Positions 32,670 through 41,805 are shown, numbered from the stretch's first letter. The stretch: DNA of 64,000 nucleotides from Planctomycetota bacterium (GCA_965228735.1 OZ245838.1:5376001-5440000); one strand, 5' to 3'. A program made the numbers and translations. Notes: generated by a model from the letters alone, not told the origin.

Positions 32670-33529
32670 TGACCGACCACTTCGACAGAGTCACCGTTCT
32701 CGGCGCCGGCACGATGGGTGCCGGCATCGCGCAGGTCATGGCACAGGCCGGTTCCAACGTCGTGCTGCAGGATGTCACGCAGGAGTTCTGTGACCGCGGG
32801 ATGGAACGGATCCGGGCATTCCTGCAGAAGGGTGTCGACAAGGGCAAGGTCACCGAGGCCGCCCGTGACGCGGCCCTCGGCAAGCTGTCGACCGCGACCG
32901 ATCGCGCGGCCGCGTGCCGCGATGCCACGCTGGTGATCGAAGCCGTGCCCGAGGACCTGAAGCTCAAGAACGACCTGTTTCGTGAGCTCGCGAACGTCGT
33001 GCGAGACGACTGCGTGCTGGCGAGCAACACGTCGTCGCTCGCCCTGAGCAAGGTGTTCGCGGGCGTCGGTGAGCCGGGGCGCTGCATCGGGATGCATTTC
33101 TTCAACCCCGTGCCGATCATGAAGCTGCTCGAGCTCGTCCGCACGAAGGCCACGTCGGCGGCGACGATCGAGCGCGTCACGGCCTACGCCAAGGCGCTCG
33201 GCAAGGAGCCGATCCTCGTGCAGGACAGCCCGGGCTTCGCGAGTTCGCGGCTCGGCGTCTGCCTCGGGCTGGAGGCGATCCGCATGGTCGAGGCCGACGT
33301 CGCATCCCCGGAGGACATCGACAAGGCGATGGTGCTGGGCTACGGCCACCCCATGGGGCCGTTGCGACTCACCGACCTGGTCGGCCTCGACGTGCGACTC
33401 GCCATCGCGGACTACCTGCGGCAGGAGCTCGATCTGCCCGGCTTCGAGGCGCCCGAGCTGATGCGCAAGATGGTCGCGGACGGCAAGCTCGGCAAGAAGT
33501 CGGGGCAGGGGTTCTACAGCTGGGAGTGA
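32669..33529 (+). CDS. 3-hydroxyacyl(butyryl)-CoA dehydrogenase
   Basis: GAGTMG, IEAVPE, SNTSS, GMHFFNP, PMGPL.L.D.VGLD, G.KSGQGFY. Confidence 0.93.
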   Translation: MTDHFDRVTVLGAGTMGAGIAQVMAQAGSNVVLQDVTQEFCDRGMERIRAFLQKGVDKGKVTEAARDAALGKLSTATDRAAACRDATLVIEAVPEDLKLKNDLFRELANVVRDDCVLASNTSSLALSKVFAGVGEPGRCIGMHFFNPVPIMKLLELVRTKATSAATIERVTAYAKALGKEPILVQDSPGFASSRLGVCLGLEAIRMVEADVASPEDIDKAMVLGYGHPMGPLRLTDLVGLDVRLAIADYLRQELDLPGFEAPELMRKMVADGKLGKKSGQGFYSWE

Positions 33530-33539
33530 GGAGGCCCGC

Positions 33540-34025
33540 GTGTCGACCTTGATCGCCGTCCTGCTGCCGGCCGTGCTGATGCCGGTGCTGTTGCTCGTCG
33601 CAGGCGAACGGCCCGGTCTGCCGCGCTTGTTCGAACTGTCGACGTGGCCGACCGAGCTGTGGATCCTGGCCGCAGCGGGTGCCGTCGCGACGGTCGCCGG
33701 GGTGCTCGATTGGGCGTTCCATCGCGGCGGCGGCCGCGTCATCCCGCGCGCCGAACATCGCGCCGAGCTGTGGGCGCTCGCGCTCGGCGTGCCGCTCTTC
33801 GCGTTGCTGGCCGTGGCTTCGGTGGCGCGGGACCCCGGCCCGATGCTCGTTCCGATCATCGCGGTCGCATTGGCGATGGCGGGCCTCATCGTGTTCGACG
33901 AAACGCGCTTCCACCGCGCGTGCGGTCGCTACGAGACATTGCTGCATCGATTGCTCGTGAGCGGCAACGGGGTGGCGTTTCTCGCGTGGCTGCATTGGTG
34001 CTACTCCCGTGGCGCGGGCAGCTGA
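33540..34025 (+). CDS. Hypothetical membrane protein
   Basis: Several TMs; DW.FHR, EHRAE, FDE..FH, ET..H pattern. Confidence 0.65.
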   Translation: MSTLIAVLLPAVLMPVLLLVAGERPGLPRLFELSTWPTELWILAAAGAVATVAGVLDWAFHRGGGRVIPRAEHRAELWALALGVPLFALLAVASVARDPGPMLVPIIAVALAMAGLIVFDETRFHRACGRYETLLHRLLVSGNGVAFLAWLHWCYSRGAGS

Positions 34026-34602
34026 GCTGCTCGCCAGGGCCCGAGCGCATTACGATCGCCCGGAGCACGAACTCGCCGCGCTCGCGAGCAACCGCGGCTG
34101 GCGCGGGTTCCGTGGCGGTGCGGAGTGGATGCGGGCGGCGCTGGCGACGTTGCGGGGCGTCGCGCCCGGAGGCCGTGCGACGTTCGAGTGGCTCGGCTTC
34201 GTCAAGTACGCGATCGCCGCGTCGGCCGCGTCGATCGTCGCGGCCGGCGCGATCGCGATGATCGTCGGGAGTGGCGGTGACGGCATCTGGTGCTCATGTG
34301 GGTGGGCATCACTGCTGCTCGTCGTGCCCGTGTTCTACGTCGTCGAGAGTCGCATGGTGTTCGCCTTCCCCGCAGCATTGGACGGTGCCGCGCGGCCGCT
34401 CGCCACGAGCGCCCGAATCGTCCAGAACGCCGGGTCGATGGCTGCGACGACTGCGGTCGTGATGCGGATCGCCGCGGAGATGCTCCTCGGCGGCGTCCGG
34501 GGGCGCGGGTTCGTGCGGTCGTGGTGTGTCGGATGCCTCGCGGTGGTGATGTGGTACGAGGACGTGCGGGGCCGTTCTCCGGGGGCGGGGTCGGCGTCGT
34601 GA
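34009..34602 (+). CDS. Hypothetical membrane protein
   Basis: Overlaps both neighbours in operon fashion; G.VKY, FY.VE..VF.FP, W..GCLAV..WYE. Confidence 0.6.
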   Translation: MARAAELLARARAHYDRPEHELAALASNRGWRGFRGGAEWMRAALATLRGVAPGGRATFEWLGFVKYAIAASAASIVAAGAIAMIVGSGGDGIWCSCGWASLLLVVPVFYVVESRMVFAFPAALDGAARPLATSARIVQNAGSMAATTAVVMRIAAEMLLGGVRGRGFVRSWCVGCLAVVMWYEDVRGRSPGAGSAS

Positions 34603-35357
34603 TCGGCTTCGAACTCGGGAGTCGCCGGCCGCTGCTCGTTCGGCGCGAGGTGGTTGCTCCGGGAGTTTCGACCGGCAGTGGGGAGCGACCGTGGCGTCTG
34701 CTCTACGCCAGCGATCTGCACCTCACGGCGCGCCGTGACCACCTCGTGGCGCGGCTCGAGGAGGCTGTTGCCGACGCGGCGCCGGACGTCGTGTTGCTCG
34801 GTGGCGATCTCGTGGACGGCAGGAGTGGGATCGAGGCGCTCGGCGAGCTCGTGACCCGGCTCCGCGCGATCGCGCCCGTGTTCGCCGTTGGCGGCAACCA
34901 CGATGCCTGGATCGGGGTCCAGGAGGTGCGGCGCGCCGTCGACCTGGCCGGTGGTCATTGGCTCGCGCGCTCGGTCACCTTGCCCGCGCACGGCGACCGG
35001 CCCGGGCTCCTGCTCTGCAGCGAAGAAGGCGCTGCCGGGTCGACCGGCCCGGGCAGTGGCAACGATGACGCGCGAATCCGGCGCGTGCTCGTGGGCCACC
35101 ATCCGACCGTGGCCGAGCGCAGCGCCCGGATGCCCGGCGCGTCGTTCGATCTGGTGCTCGCCGGCCACCTGCACGGCGGCCAGTGCGTGCTCTGGCAGCG
35201 GGGTTCGCGATTCTATCCGGGAGCGTGGTTCAGCCGCTGGACGGGGTCGCGGTTCGATCTGCCGAACACGACGCTCATCGTGAGTCGCGGCGTCGCGGAC
35301 ACGCTGCCGATCCGATTCCGGTGCCCGCGCGAAGTCCTGCTTGTCGAACTGCGCTGA
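34599..35357 (+). CDS. Metallophosphoesterase (YkuE-like)
   Basis: SDLH, GGDLVD, GNHD, HHP, AGHLHGGQ, VSRG, PIRFRCPRE. Confidence 0.9.
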   Translation: MIGFELGSRRPLLVRREVVAPGVSTGSGERPWRLLYASDLHLTARRDHLVARLEEAVADAAPDVVLLGGDLVDGRSGIEALGELVTRLRAIAPVFAVGGNHDAWIGVQEVRRAVDLAGGHWLARSVTLPAHGDRPGLLLCSEEGAAGSTGPGSGNDDARIRRVLVGHHPTVAERSARMPGASFDLVLAGHLHGGQCVLWQRGSRFYPGAWFSRWTGSRFDLPNTTLIVSRGVADTLPIRFRCPREVLLVELR

Positions 35358-35375
35358 CCGCGCGAGGATCGCGCC

Positions 35376-35561
35376 ATGGATCGCTTCACCGAACTCGTTC
35401 ACCGCGTGAACAACCTGCTCGGGACGATCGACATCCAGGTCGAGGTCGCTCGGGCCGAGGGCACGCTCGCGGCGCACGAGCAAGCACTCCGATTCATCGC
35501 GGATTCGGCGGCGAAGACGCGCGCGGAGCTGCGCGAACTCGCCACCCGAGACGGCGACTGA
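35376..35561 (+). CDS. 61-aa protein resembling an isolated histidine-kinase DHp (H-box) helix pair
   Basis: GAGG RBS; ELVHRVNNLLGTI H-box-like motif. Confidence 0.6.
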   Translation: MDRFTELVHRVNNLLGTIDIQVEVARAEGTLAAHEQALRFIADSAAKTRAELRELATRDGD

Positions 35562-35568
35562 ATCGCCG

Positions 35569-36654
35569 TCAGGTGGGCTCGTCCGACGGGACGGGCGCGT
35601 TCTCCGGCGACACCAGCGGCGCGAGCTTCTGCGACAGCTGCGGCTCCGCGCACGGCAGCCCGAGAACGGCGTCGGCCTTCGACAGGAATGCTGCACGCAC
35701 GTTCTGGCGCGAGGGCAGGTGCAACAGCAGCACGACGCGCGTCTCCGGAGCGAAGCCCTTGATTCGTTTGCACCAGTCGAACTGGCGTTCTTCGCCGGGC
35801 GGCACGTCGAGCAGCACGATCTCGTCGCGGTGCGCCGCCGGATTCGGGATCTCGCTCTTGCCGTGGCGATGGAGCTCGAGGCCGACGCGGCGGCAGCTTT
35901 GGCGCAGCACCGGGTAGATGTCGGGCAGTGCGATGAACGCGGCGAGTCTGCCCTGGATCGGCGCCGCCGGGATCTGCTCCAACTCCGATTCGGCGGTGCA
36001 GTCGCCGTAGCTCTCGGTGCCGCCGGCGGTGGAATCCGGGCCCGCGGATGCGTCACCGAACGCGAGCGGCGCGTCGTTCCAGCGTTCGGCCGTTTCGGCG
36101 TCGATGACGAGGTAGCCCTTCGTGGCCGGGAAGTCGCCGATCACGATCTCGTACTCGAACACGACGAGGTCGTCTTCGGTCACGAACTCCTCGGCTGCGT
36201 CCTCGGTCAGCGAGCCGTGGTTCTGCAATCGCGCGTCGATGTTCTCGATCTTGTCGCGCAGCGCGCCCGACAGTCCGCTCAACAAAACGTTCGCGACTTC
36301 GCCAAACGCCTCGGCGTCCTCTTCCTGGAAGGCGCCGGCATTGCGCCGTTCGGCGATGACCTCATCGGGCGTCATCATCAGCATCCCGGACAGGGCGATC
36401 GCGTCCGGGATGGCGAGAAGGGCCGTGATCGAATGACCCTCGAAGTCCTTGTCCAGTTCGCCGCGCGCCGCCGCGTACGGGCCGGCGAGGAAGCCGAGCA
36501 GGTCGCTCCGGTCACCGCGAGTGGCGCGGCCCGGCGTCGTCGTCAGGTCGCGCCCGACGAGCGACTTGATCGTCTCGCTACTCGCGGCAGCGAGCTGCTC
36601 GAACAGTTCGAGCAGCTTCTCGCATTCGCGGCGGGCAAGAGTGGCGGGTGCCAT
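35569..36654 (-). CDS. CheC/CheX-like phosphatase domain fused to a degenerate receiver-like domain
   Basis: EAFGEVAN (E-x2-N phosphatase motif); C-terminal IVLLD ... RIK ... VVLL ... ADAVL.LP receiver-like pattern. Confidence 0.65.
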   Translation of the reverse strand: MAPATLARRECEKLLELFEQLAAASSETIKSLVGRDLTTTPGRATRGDRSDLLGFLAGPYAAARGELDKDFEGHSITALLAIPDAIALSGMLMMTPDEVIAERRNAGAFQEEDAEAFGEVANVLLSGLSGALRDKIENIDARLQNHGSLTEDAAEEFVTEDDLVVFEYEIVIGDFPATKGYLVIDAETAERWNDAPLAFGDASAGPDSTAGGTESYGDCTAESELEQIPAAPIQGRLAAFIALPDIYPVLRQSCRRVGLELHRHGKSEIPNPAAHRDEIVLLDVPPGEERQFDWCKRIKGFAPETRVVLLLHLPSRQNVRAAFLSKADAVLGLPCAEPQLSQKLAPLVSPENAPVPSDEPT

Positions 36655-36659
36655 CGCGT

Positions 36660-36881
36660 TCAGCTCACCACCGGGGTTTCGTCGCCGGTCGCCAGGTGGC
36701 CCGGGCCAGAACGGCCGGCATCATGATGACGTGGCTCGGCGGAGCGGTTCGAGGAGTCGGATAGATCCACGTCGTCCAGGAGCAGGTCGATCGGGTGATC
36801 GACGACGACAGCGATCATCGCCGCGTCGAGATCGACGTCATGGCGATGATCGACGGTCATGAAGTCGTCGATGATCAGCAA
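36660..36881 (-). CDS. Possible small acidic hypothetical protein
   Basis: Co-directional ORF filling the gap in the fliA operon; no recognisable motif. Confidence 0.3.
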   Translation of the reverse strand: MLIIDDFMTVDHRHDVDLDAAMIAVVVDHPIDLLLDDVDLSDSSNRSAEPRHHDAGRSGPGHLATGDETPVVS

Positions 36882-36928
36882 GTTTCAGCCTCCTCCGCTG
36901 GTAGCACGCGAGAATCGTTCGTTCGGTC

Positions 36929-37780
36929 CTATCGGTCCGAAACGCCGTGCAGGTTCAGGAGTTCTGCATTCTCTTCCAGGCTGAGCTGAACCGCAGCACC
37001 GGCCGCATCACAGTCGGCGGCCGTGAGCGCCAGGCACGCGATGGCATCGGTCGAAGGCGCCACAGGCTGCGTATCGACGCTGAGATCGAGGCCGAGCCCG
37101 CACTGCGCGACCGTGTCCTCGGCGAGCCGCACGAGGGCGGCGAGTGGGTCCCCGGCGATCTCGCGTTCGTCGTGGTGGGTCGCGAGCGCGCGAACGAGAC
37201 GTCGGGGGAGTCCCCAGGTGCTCGTGACGATCTGCGCTGCCGCGGCGTGGTCGATGCCGAACAGGTTCGCCTCGATCTCGCAGGGCTCGGTGCTCTCGAT
37301 CGGCCCGTCTGCCATCGGCGTCGACACCTGACTCAACGCGACGCGCCCGACGTTGTGGAGGATGGCAGCCGTGAACGCGGTTTCGACTTCGTCGAAGCCG
37401 GCACGTTCGGCGAGCCATCGCGCCGCCGTCGCCAGCGCGAACGAGTGCCGCCAGAGCGCGTCGGCGTTGCCGTAGATCGACGTCGACGCCCCCTGGAACT
37501 GGTTGGCAGCGCAGCTCACCAGCACGAGGTTGACGAGATTGCGCGTGCCGATGCAGCTCACGGCGTCGGCGACCGTCGTTGCGGGTGACGCGAGCGCGAA
37601 CGACGCCGAGTTGGCGAGCCGGAGGACGCGCGCGGTCAGCGAGGGGTCCTGGCGCACGAGTGCGACGAACTCGTCGAGCGAGTAGTCCGGCTCGCGGACG
37701 AGTTCGAGGATTCGAAACGCGACCGCCGGCAGAGGCGGCGTCGTGCGCAGCGTGCGGATCAGTTCCGGAGCACGGTTCAT
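36929..37780 (-). CDS. HDOD domain protein
   Basis: PPLP.VA, QDPSLTARVLRLANS, LWRHS, AILHNVG, FGIDHA...W.LP. Confidence 0.9.
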   Translation of the reverse strand: MNRAPELIRTLRTTPPLPAVAFRILELVREPDYSLDEFVALVRQDPSLTARVLRLANSASFALASPATTVADAVSCIGTRNLVNLVLVSCAANQFQGASTSIYGNADALWRHSFALATAARWLAERAGFDEVETAFTAAILHNVGRVALSQVSTPMADGPIESTEPCEIEANLFGIDHAAAAQIVTSTWGLPRRLVRALATHHDEREIAGDPLAALVRLAEDTVAQCGLGLDLSVDTQPVAPSTDAIACLALTAADCDAAGAAVQLSLEENAELLNLHGVSDR

Positions 37781-37814
37781 GATCCGCGGTCGTCAGCCCT
37801 CGGGTCGGGACCGT

Positions 37815-38648
37815 TCAGACGGAAGCGGCAGAGCGGTCGAGCTGTGCCTTCAGGCGGGCCATGACGTTGCTGTGGATCTGGCACACGCGGGATTCGGTGA
37901 GCTCCATGATCTCGCCGATCTCGCGCATCGTCAGCCCCTCGTAGTAATACATGAGGATGATCAGCCGCTCCTTCTTGGTGAGGCTGTTGGTGATCATCTC
38001 GAGGGCGTCGCGCTGCTGGATGGTGTCGACCGGATCCGTGGACTTTCGATCTGCGAGGATCTCGACCTTCTCCATCTCCTTGTCTTCGTCGTTGTCGTCC
38101 CACTTCTCCGACAGCGAGAAGATCGTCTTCGCGTTGGCCTCGGCCTCGTGCGCCTGCATCTCCTCGAGCGTGATGCCGAGGCGCTCGGCGACCTCCGCCT
38201 GGTTGGGCTGACGGCCGAGTTCACCTTCGAGCTGCCGGACCGCGCGGTCGAGGCGATGGGCCTTGAGCCGCACGAGGCGCGGCACCCAGTCCTGCGAGCG
38301 CAGCTCGTCGAGGATCGAACCGCGAATACGCGTCGTGCAGTAGGTCTTGAACTTGATCCCGCGCGACAGGTCGAAGCCGTTGATCGCGTCCATGAGCCCG
38401 AACGTGCCGGCCGAACTCAGATCGTCGACGTCGATCGACTTCGGCAGCGTCTGCAGCACGCGCTCGGCGATCGTGCGCACGAGCGGCATGTGGAACTCGA
38501 TCAGCGTGTTCCGCAGGTTCTCGTCCCGCGTCTTCTTGTAGGTCTTCCAGATCGTCTCGAGTTCGGCCTCGCTCAGCGCCGGCGCTCCGGGGGCCGGGCT
38601 GACGGTGCTGCGACGGGTCGAACGGGTAGCAGTGGCGGACTTGGCCAT
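37815..38648 (-). CDS. fliA: FliA/WhiG-family (sigma-28) RNA polymerase sigma factor
   Basis: DDL.SAG.FGL.DAI..FD..RG.KF.TY...RIRGSILDELR..DWVPR; YYYEGLTMREIG..TESRVCQIH. Confidence 0.93.
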   Translation of the reverse strand: MAKSATATRSTRRSTVSPAPGAPALSEAELETIWKTYKKTRDENLRNTLIEFHMPLVRTIAERVLQTLPKSIDVDDLSSAGTFGLMDAINGFDLSRGIKFKTYCTTRIRGSILDELRSQDWVPRLVRLKAHRLDRAVRQLEGELGRQPNQAEVAERLGITLEEMQAHEAEANAKTIFSLSEKWDDNDEDKEMEKVEILADRKSTDPVDTIQQRDALEMITNSLTKKERLIILMYYYEGLTMREIGEIMELTESRVCQIHSNVMARLKAQLDRSAASV

Positions 38649-38893
38649 GACGATCACTCCAAGGGTTTCAGCAGACGGGCGGGAGGGGGCGTCGAACGGC
38701 AGCGCTACGCTGCGGGCCAATCTGCGGGCCATGGGTCCCTTCGTCGTGGCTGCGCGAGTTGGCGCGCAGGCAGGACGGTTGGAGGTGCAAAGGGGCACGC
38801 GAGCCTCTGGCTCGGGGACAAGCCGCTGTCGAGAACGAACGCACGACCCGGTGCCGGGGGCGTCGTCGAGCAGGCGTTGTCGGATGTGTCCTC

Positions 38894-38996
38894 ACTTCCT
38901 TCGGGAACCAGGCTGCCATGACCGATAGGGGATTCGGTCGAAGGCCCTTGGCTTTGCGTCCCCGACTTTCGTCGGGTTTGCCGTTTCGAGAAGTGT
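38894..38996 (-). ncRNA. c-di-GMP-I (GEMM) riboswitch
   Basis: Minus strand reads CACTTCTCGAAAC-GGCAAA-CCCGAC-GAAA-GTCGGG-GACGCAAAGCC-AAGGGCCT...ATGGCAGCCTGGTTCCCGAAGGAAGTG: GNRA-capped P2, GACGCAAAGC core, closing P1. Confidence 0.92.
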
Positions 38997-39043
38997 CTTG
39001 GTGGGAGCCGAGACACGGGTGCTGGTCCGAGACCAGCGGTGGG

Positions 39044-39071
39044 TAATCGGCCGCGGCCGGTGAAGAATTCA
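39044..39071 (-). promoter_or_regulatory. Putative sigma-28 promoter upstream of the riboswitch and fliA
   Basis: TGAA-N16-GCCGATTA on the minus strand. Confidence 0.45.
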
Positions 39072-39240
39072 GCGCGTTCTCGGGTCTCAGCCCGGGACGA
39101 GTCGGCAACCCCCGACCACAGCGCACTTTGGCGCTGTGAAGTCGATGCGAAAAACTCTCCAGATATGGGGAAGGTCGACAGCCGAAGACCCTGACCGCCG
39201 CCGCGTGCCCCGGGCACTTTCCTGCCGTCCGGTGCGCCCG

Positions 39241-39753
39241 TCAGTCCACGCGAATCAACGCCTCGATCGGATGTGGCGCCAGCTTCTCCCGCCCTGGCAG
39301 GAACGCGAGTTCGATGACGAACGCGCACCCCGCCACCTTGCCGCCACAACTCTCGATCAGCTGGCAGGCTGCGTTCATCGTTCCGCCGGTGGCGAGGAGG
39401 TCGTCCAGCATCAGCACGCGCTGTCCGGGTTGAACTGCGTCCTGGTGGATCTCCACGGCGTCGGTGCCGTACTCGAGCACGTATTCGACTCGATTCGTCT
39501 TCCACGGCAGCTTGCCGGGTTTGCGAATTGGAACGAATCCTCTGCCTAGCTTCGCCGCGACTGGAGCCCCGAAGAGGAAACCGCGAGATTCGATCCCCGC
39601 CACGAGGTCGATCTCCCCGAAGTCGAGAGCGGCAAGCCGGTCGATCGAGGCTTGCAGCGCGGCCGGATCCGCGAGCAGCGGCGTGATGTCTTTGAAGTTG
39701 ATGCCCGGCTTCGGGTAGTCGGGCACATTGCGGAGGAACGCGCTCAGGTCCAT
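39241..39753 (-). CDS. apt: Adenine phosphoribosyltransferase
   Basis: PDYPKPGINFKDITPLL, ESRGF, RKPGKLP, LEYG, DDLLATGGT. Confidence 0.96.
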   Translation of the reverse strand: MDLSAFLRNVPDYPKPGINFKDITPLLADPAALQASIDRLAALDFGEIDLVAGIESRGFLFGAPVAAKLGRGFVPIRKPGKLPWKTNRVEYVLEYGTDAVEIHQDAVQPGQRVLMLDDLLATGGTMNAACQLIESCGGKVAGCAFVIELAFLPGREKLAPHPIEALIRVD

Positions 39754-39830
39754 GGCCGAATCGTGCCGGACCGAGACTGCAGGCAGAAGCGGAACCTCGT
39801 CCTGAGACGCAGAATCGAGCTCGAGCCGGA

Positions 39831-39925
39831 GGTGCGCACTCAAAGCACCAGCTGGCTCGATCGGGCCATGCACACTCAAAGCACCAGCTGACTCGGTCGG
39901 GCCGTGCACACCCGAGGCACCAGCC
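39831..39925 (+). repeat. Three tandem 36-bp units each carrying the IS-end-like motif
   Basis: Units start at 39832, 39868 and 39904 (RTGCRCACYCRARGCACCAGC...TCGG). Confidence 0.9.
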
Positions 39926-40029
39926 AGCCCGTCGGCGCGGTCACGATGCCTGCCCGCGGCTCGCGCAAACCGGGTCCGCGAACCGAAGTGATTGCAGGCA
40001 AACGGATTCCAGCCGCCCGGGAGGTGAGG

Positions 40030-41736
40030 CTATCGGCGCGAGGCGGCGCCGGATTGGCGACGGGCGCTGCCGGAGACCGTCACGGCGCCGGGCAGGCCGC
40101 TGAGGTCCGGCGCATCCGAAGACAGCTGCGGTTCGGCGCGGCGCGCGTCGATCGCCTGCCGGGCGCGCGCGTGGGACGCGGCGATCGGGTCCGCGGCCGG
40201 TTCGGTCGCGCTGGGTGCCGGGCGAGTCCGCTGGGCGGGCTGGCGCGGCTGACCGTTGGTCGGTGCCGGAGCGCGGCCGGCGACGCGGGCTGGCTTGCGC
40301 TTGCCGGGCTGCCGTTGCTGGGGCTGCCGCGTTTGAGGCTGCTGCCCGGATGCCGGCTGCTGGGCGGCCGCCCGCCGTTGCGCCGGCCGTTGCGCCCGCT
40401 GCGGAGCTGGCTGTCGTTGGGGCTGTCGTTGGGCCTGGCGTTCGGGTTGCCGTTGCGTGGTCGGCCGGGCTGCGACCGGGCGCCGTTGCGGAGCGGGCCG
40501 GCGGCCAGTCTGGGTCGTCGCCTGACGCTCCTGCTTCGGAGCGGTTCGTTGCGATCGTTGTCCCGACGTGGGCTTCTTGCTCGGGGCGCGCTTCGTCGGC
40601 GCCTTCGTCGGCTGCCGGCCCGCGAACTGTCGCCCGACGCGAACGGTCTGGCTCGCGGCAGCGGCGGACTCGCGCGGCGGCAGGGCGAAGAGCTCGCACA
40701 TGCGATCGTGGTTGGCGTCGAGCCAGGTTCCGAGCAGTCGCATGGACAGGAACACCGGCAGGACCGCGGTCGGGCCGACGGCTGCGATCTGCAGCCAGAT
40801 CGGTTGCCCGAGCACGTACCAGGAGACCGCGACCATCGGCAGCAGCAGCAGCCAGCAGGATGCCGCGATCGGCGGGTAGGACCCGCCGGCTCTGACGAGC
40901 GCCTTGAGCAACAGCACGGGCGAGAACGCCTGCTTGTCGCCGCGCAGGGCGAGGAGCAAGAACATCATCGGGGCGGTGACCGCGCTGATGGCGAGCATCG
41001 GCAGCAGGCCGACCCACGACAGGCCGAGCAGGAACGCCGCGGTGGCAGGAGTCGCGAAGATCCCGACGACGACGGCCGTGTCGCGCAGGAAGCGGCCGGC
41101 TTCACGTCCGAGTTGGCGGATCTCGGGGAACTCGGGCACGTCGGCAGTGCCGTCGTGGCTCTCGATCAGGATGCGACGGCCCATCGCGAAGATCACCGCG
41201 CAGACGCAGACTCCCGGCAAGGCCGAGATCGCCGCGAGCGCGAACGCCGAGGTGCCCGACGTCAGGAAGCCGCCGAGGCCGATGACGACGGGGAACGCCA
41301 GCATCGTCAGCAGGCACAGCCACGGCATGTGCTGGTGAAAGAGGAACTGCAGGGCGTCGACGAGATGACCGCGCAGGCCGCTCTCTTCTTCCGCGGCTTC
41401 CAGGATCTGGTTGCGCTGCGAACGAGGAGTGGGCGCGAGTGGTCGCGCAGGAGCCGTCGCGCGGTTCTGCGCTCGGGACCCGTCACGAGGATCAGCCAGA
41501 CCGCGGCTCGCGGCATGACGCCGGGCCTTCGTCTCCAGCAGGACGCGATCGGTGTCGTTGCGGATCTGCTCCGCGCATCGACGCGCCTCGTCCAGATGGC
41601 CGAGCGTCAGACTGACTTCGCCGAGCTCGCGCCAGACCGCGTCTGACACGATGCCGCGTTCGATCGCACGATGAAGTGCGGCATAACGCTGCTGCGGCGT
41701 GGCGGCCGTAGGTGTGGCATGACTCTCGAGGTGCAT
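40030..41736 (-). CDS. Membrane protein: TPR-like N-terminus, multi-TM core, long Q/R/P/A low-complexity tail
   Basis: Strong RBS AAGGAG before ATG 41736; about six TM segments; disordered C-terminus. Confidence 0.75.
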   Translation of the reverse strand: MHLESHATPTAATPQQRYAALHRAIERGIVSDAVWRELGEVSLTLGHLDEARRCAEQIRNDTDRVLLETKARRHAASRGLADPRDGSRAQNRATAPARPLAPTPRSQRNQILEAAEEESGLRGHLVDALQFLFHQHMPWLCLLTMLAFPVVIGLGGFLTSGTSAFALAAISALPGVCVCAVIFAMGRRILIESHDGTADVPEFPEIRQLGREAGRFLRDTAVVVGIFATPATAAFLLGLSWVGLLPMLAISAVTAPMMFLLLALRGDKQAFSPVLLLKALVRAGGSYPPIAASCWLLLLPMVAVSWYVLGQPIWLQIAAVGPTAVLPVFLSMRLLGTWLDANHDRMCELFALPPRESAAAASQTVRVGRQFAGRQPTKAPTKRAPSKKPTSGQRSQRTAPKQERQATTQTGRRPAPQRRPVAARPTTQRQPERQAQRQPQRQPAPQRAQRPAQRRAAAQQPASGQQPQTRQPQQRQPGKRKPARVAGRAPAPTNGQPRQPAQRTRPAPSATEPAADPIAASHARARQAIDARRAEPQLSSDAPDLSGLPGAVTVSGSARRQSGAASRR

Positions 41737-41777
41737 GCAATTCTCCTTGTTCGGTGTGTGGACACTTGGCGCGTCTG

Positions 41778-41805
41778 ATTTCGGCACACTGCGGGATGTC
41801 CTTGA
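41778..41805 (-). promoter_or_regulatory. Putative sigma-28 promoter
   Basis: TCAAG-N15-GCCGAAAT, same geometry as the fliD promoter. Confidence 0.55.

Noticed and set aside
39754..39909. N-terminal repeat extension of Apt (HGPxExAGALS)
   Set aside because: It is a translation of the 36-bp DNA array; the Apt homology begins at 39753
39831..39925. CRISPR array
   Set aside because: The linkers are short (about 14 bp) and homologous to each other, and there are no cas genes in the window
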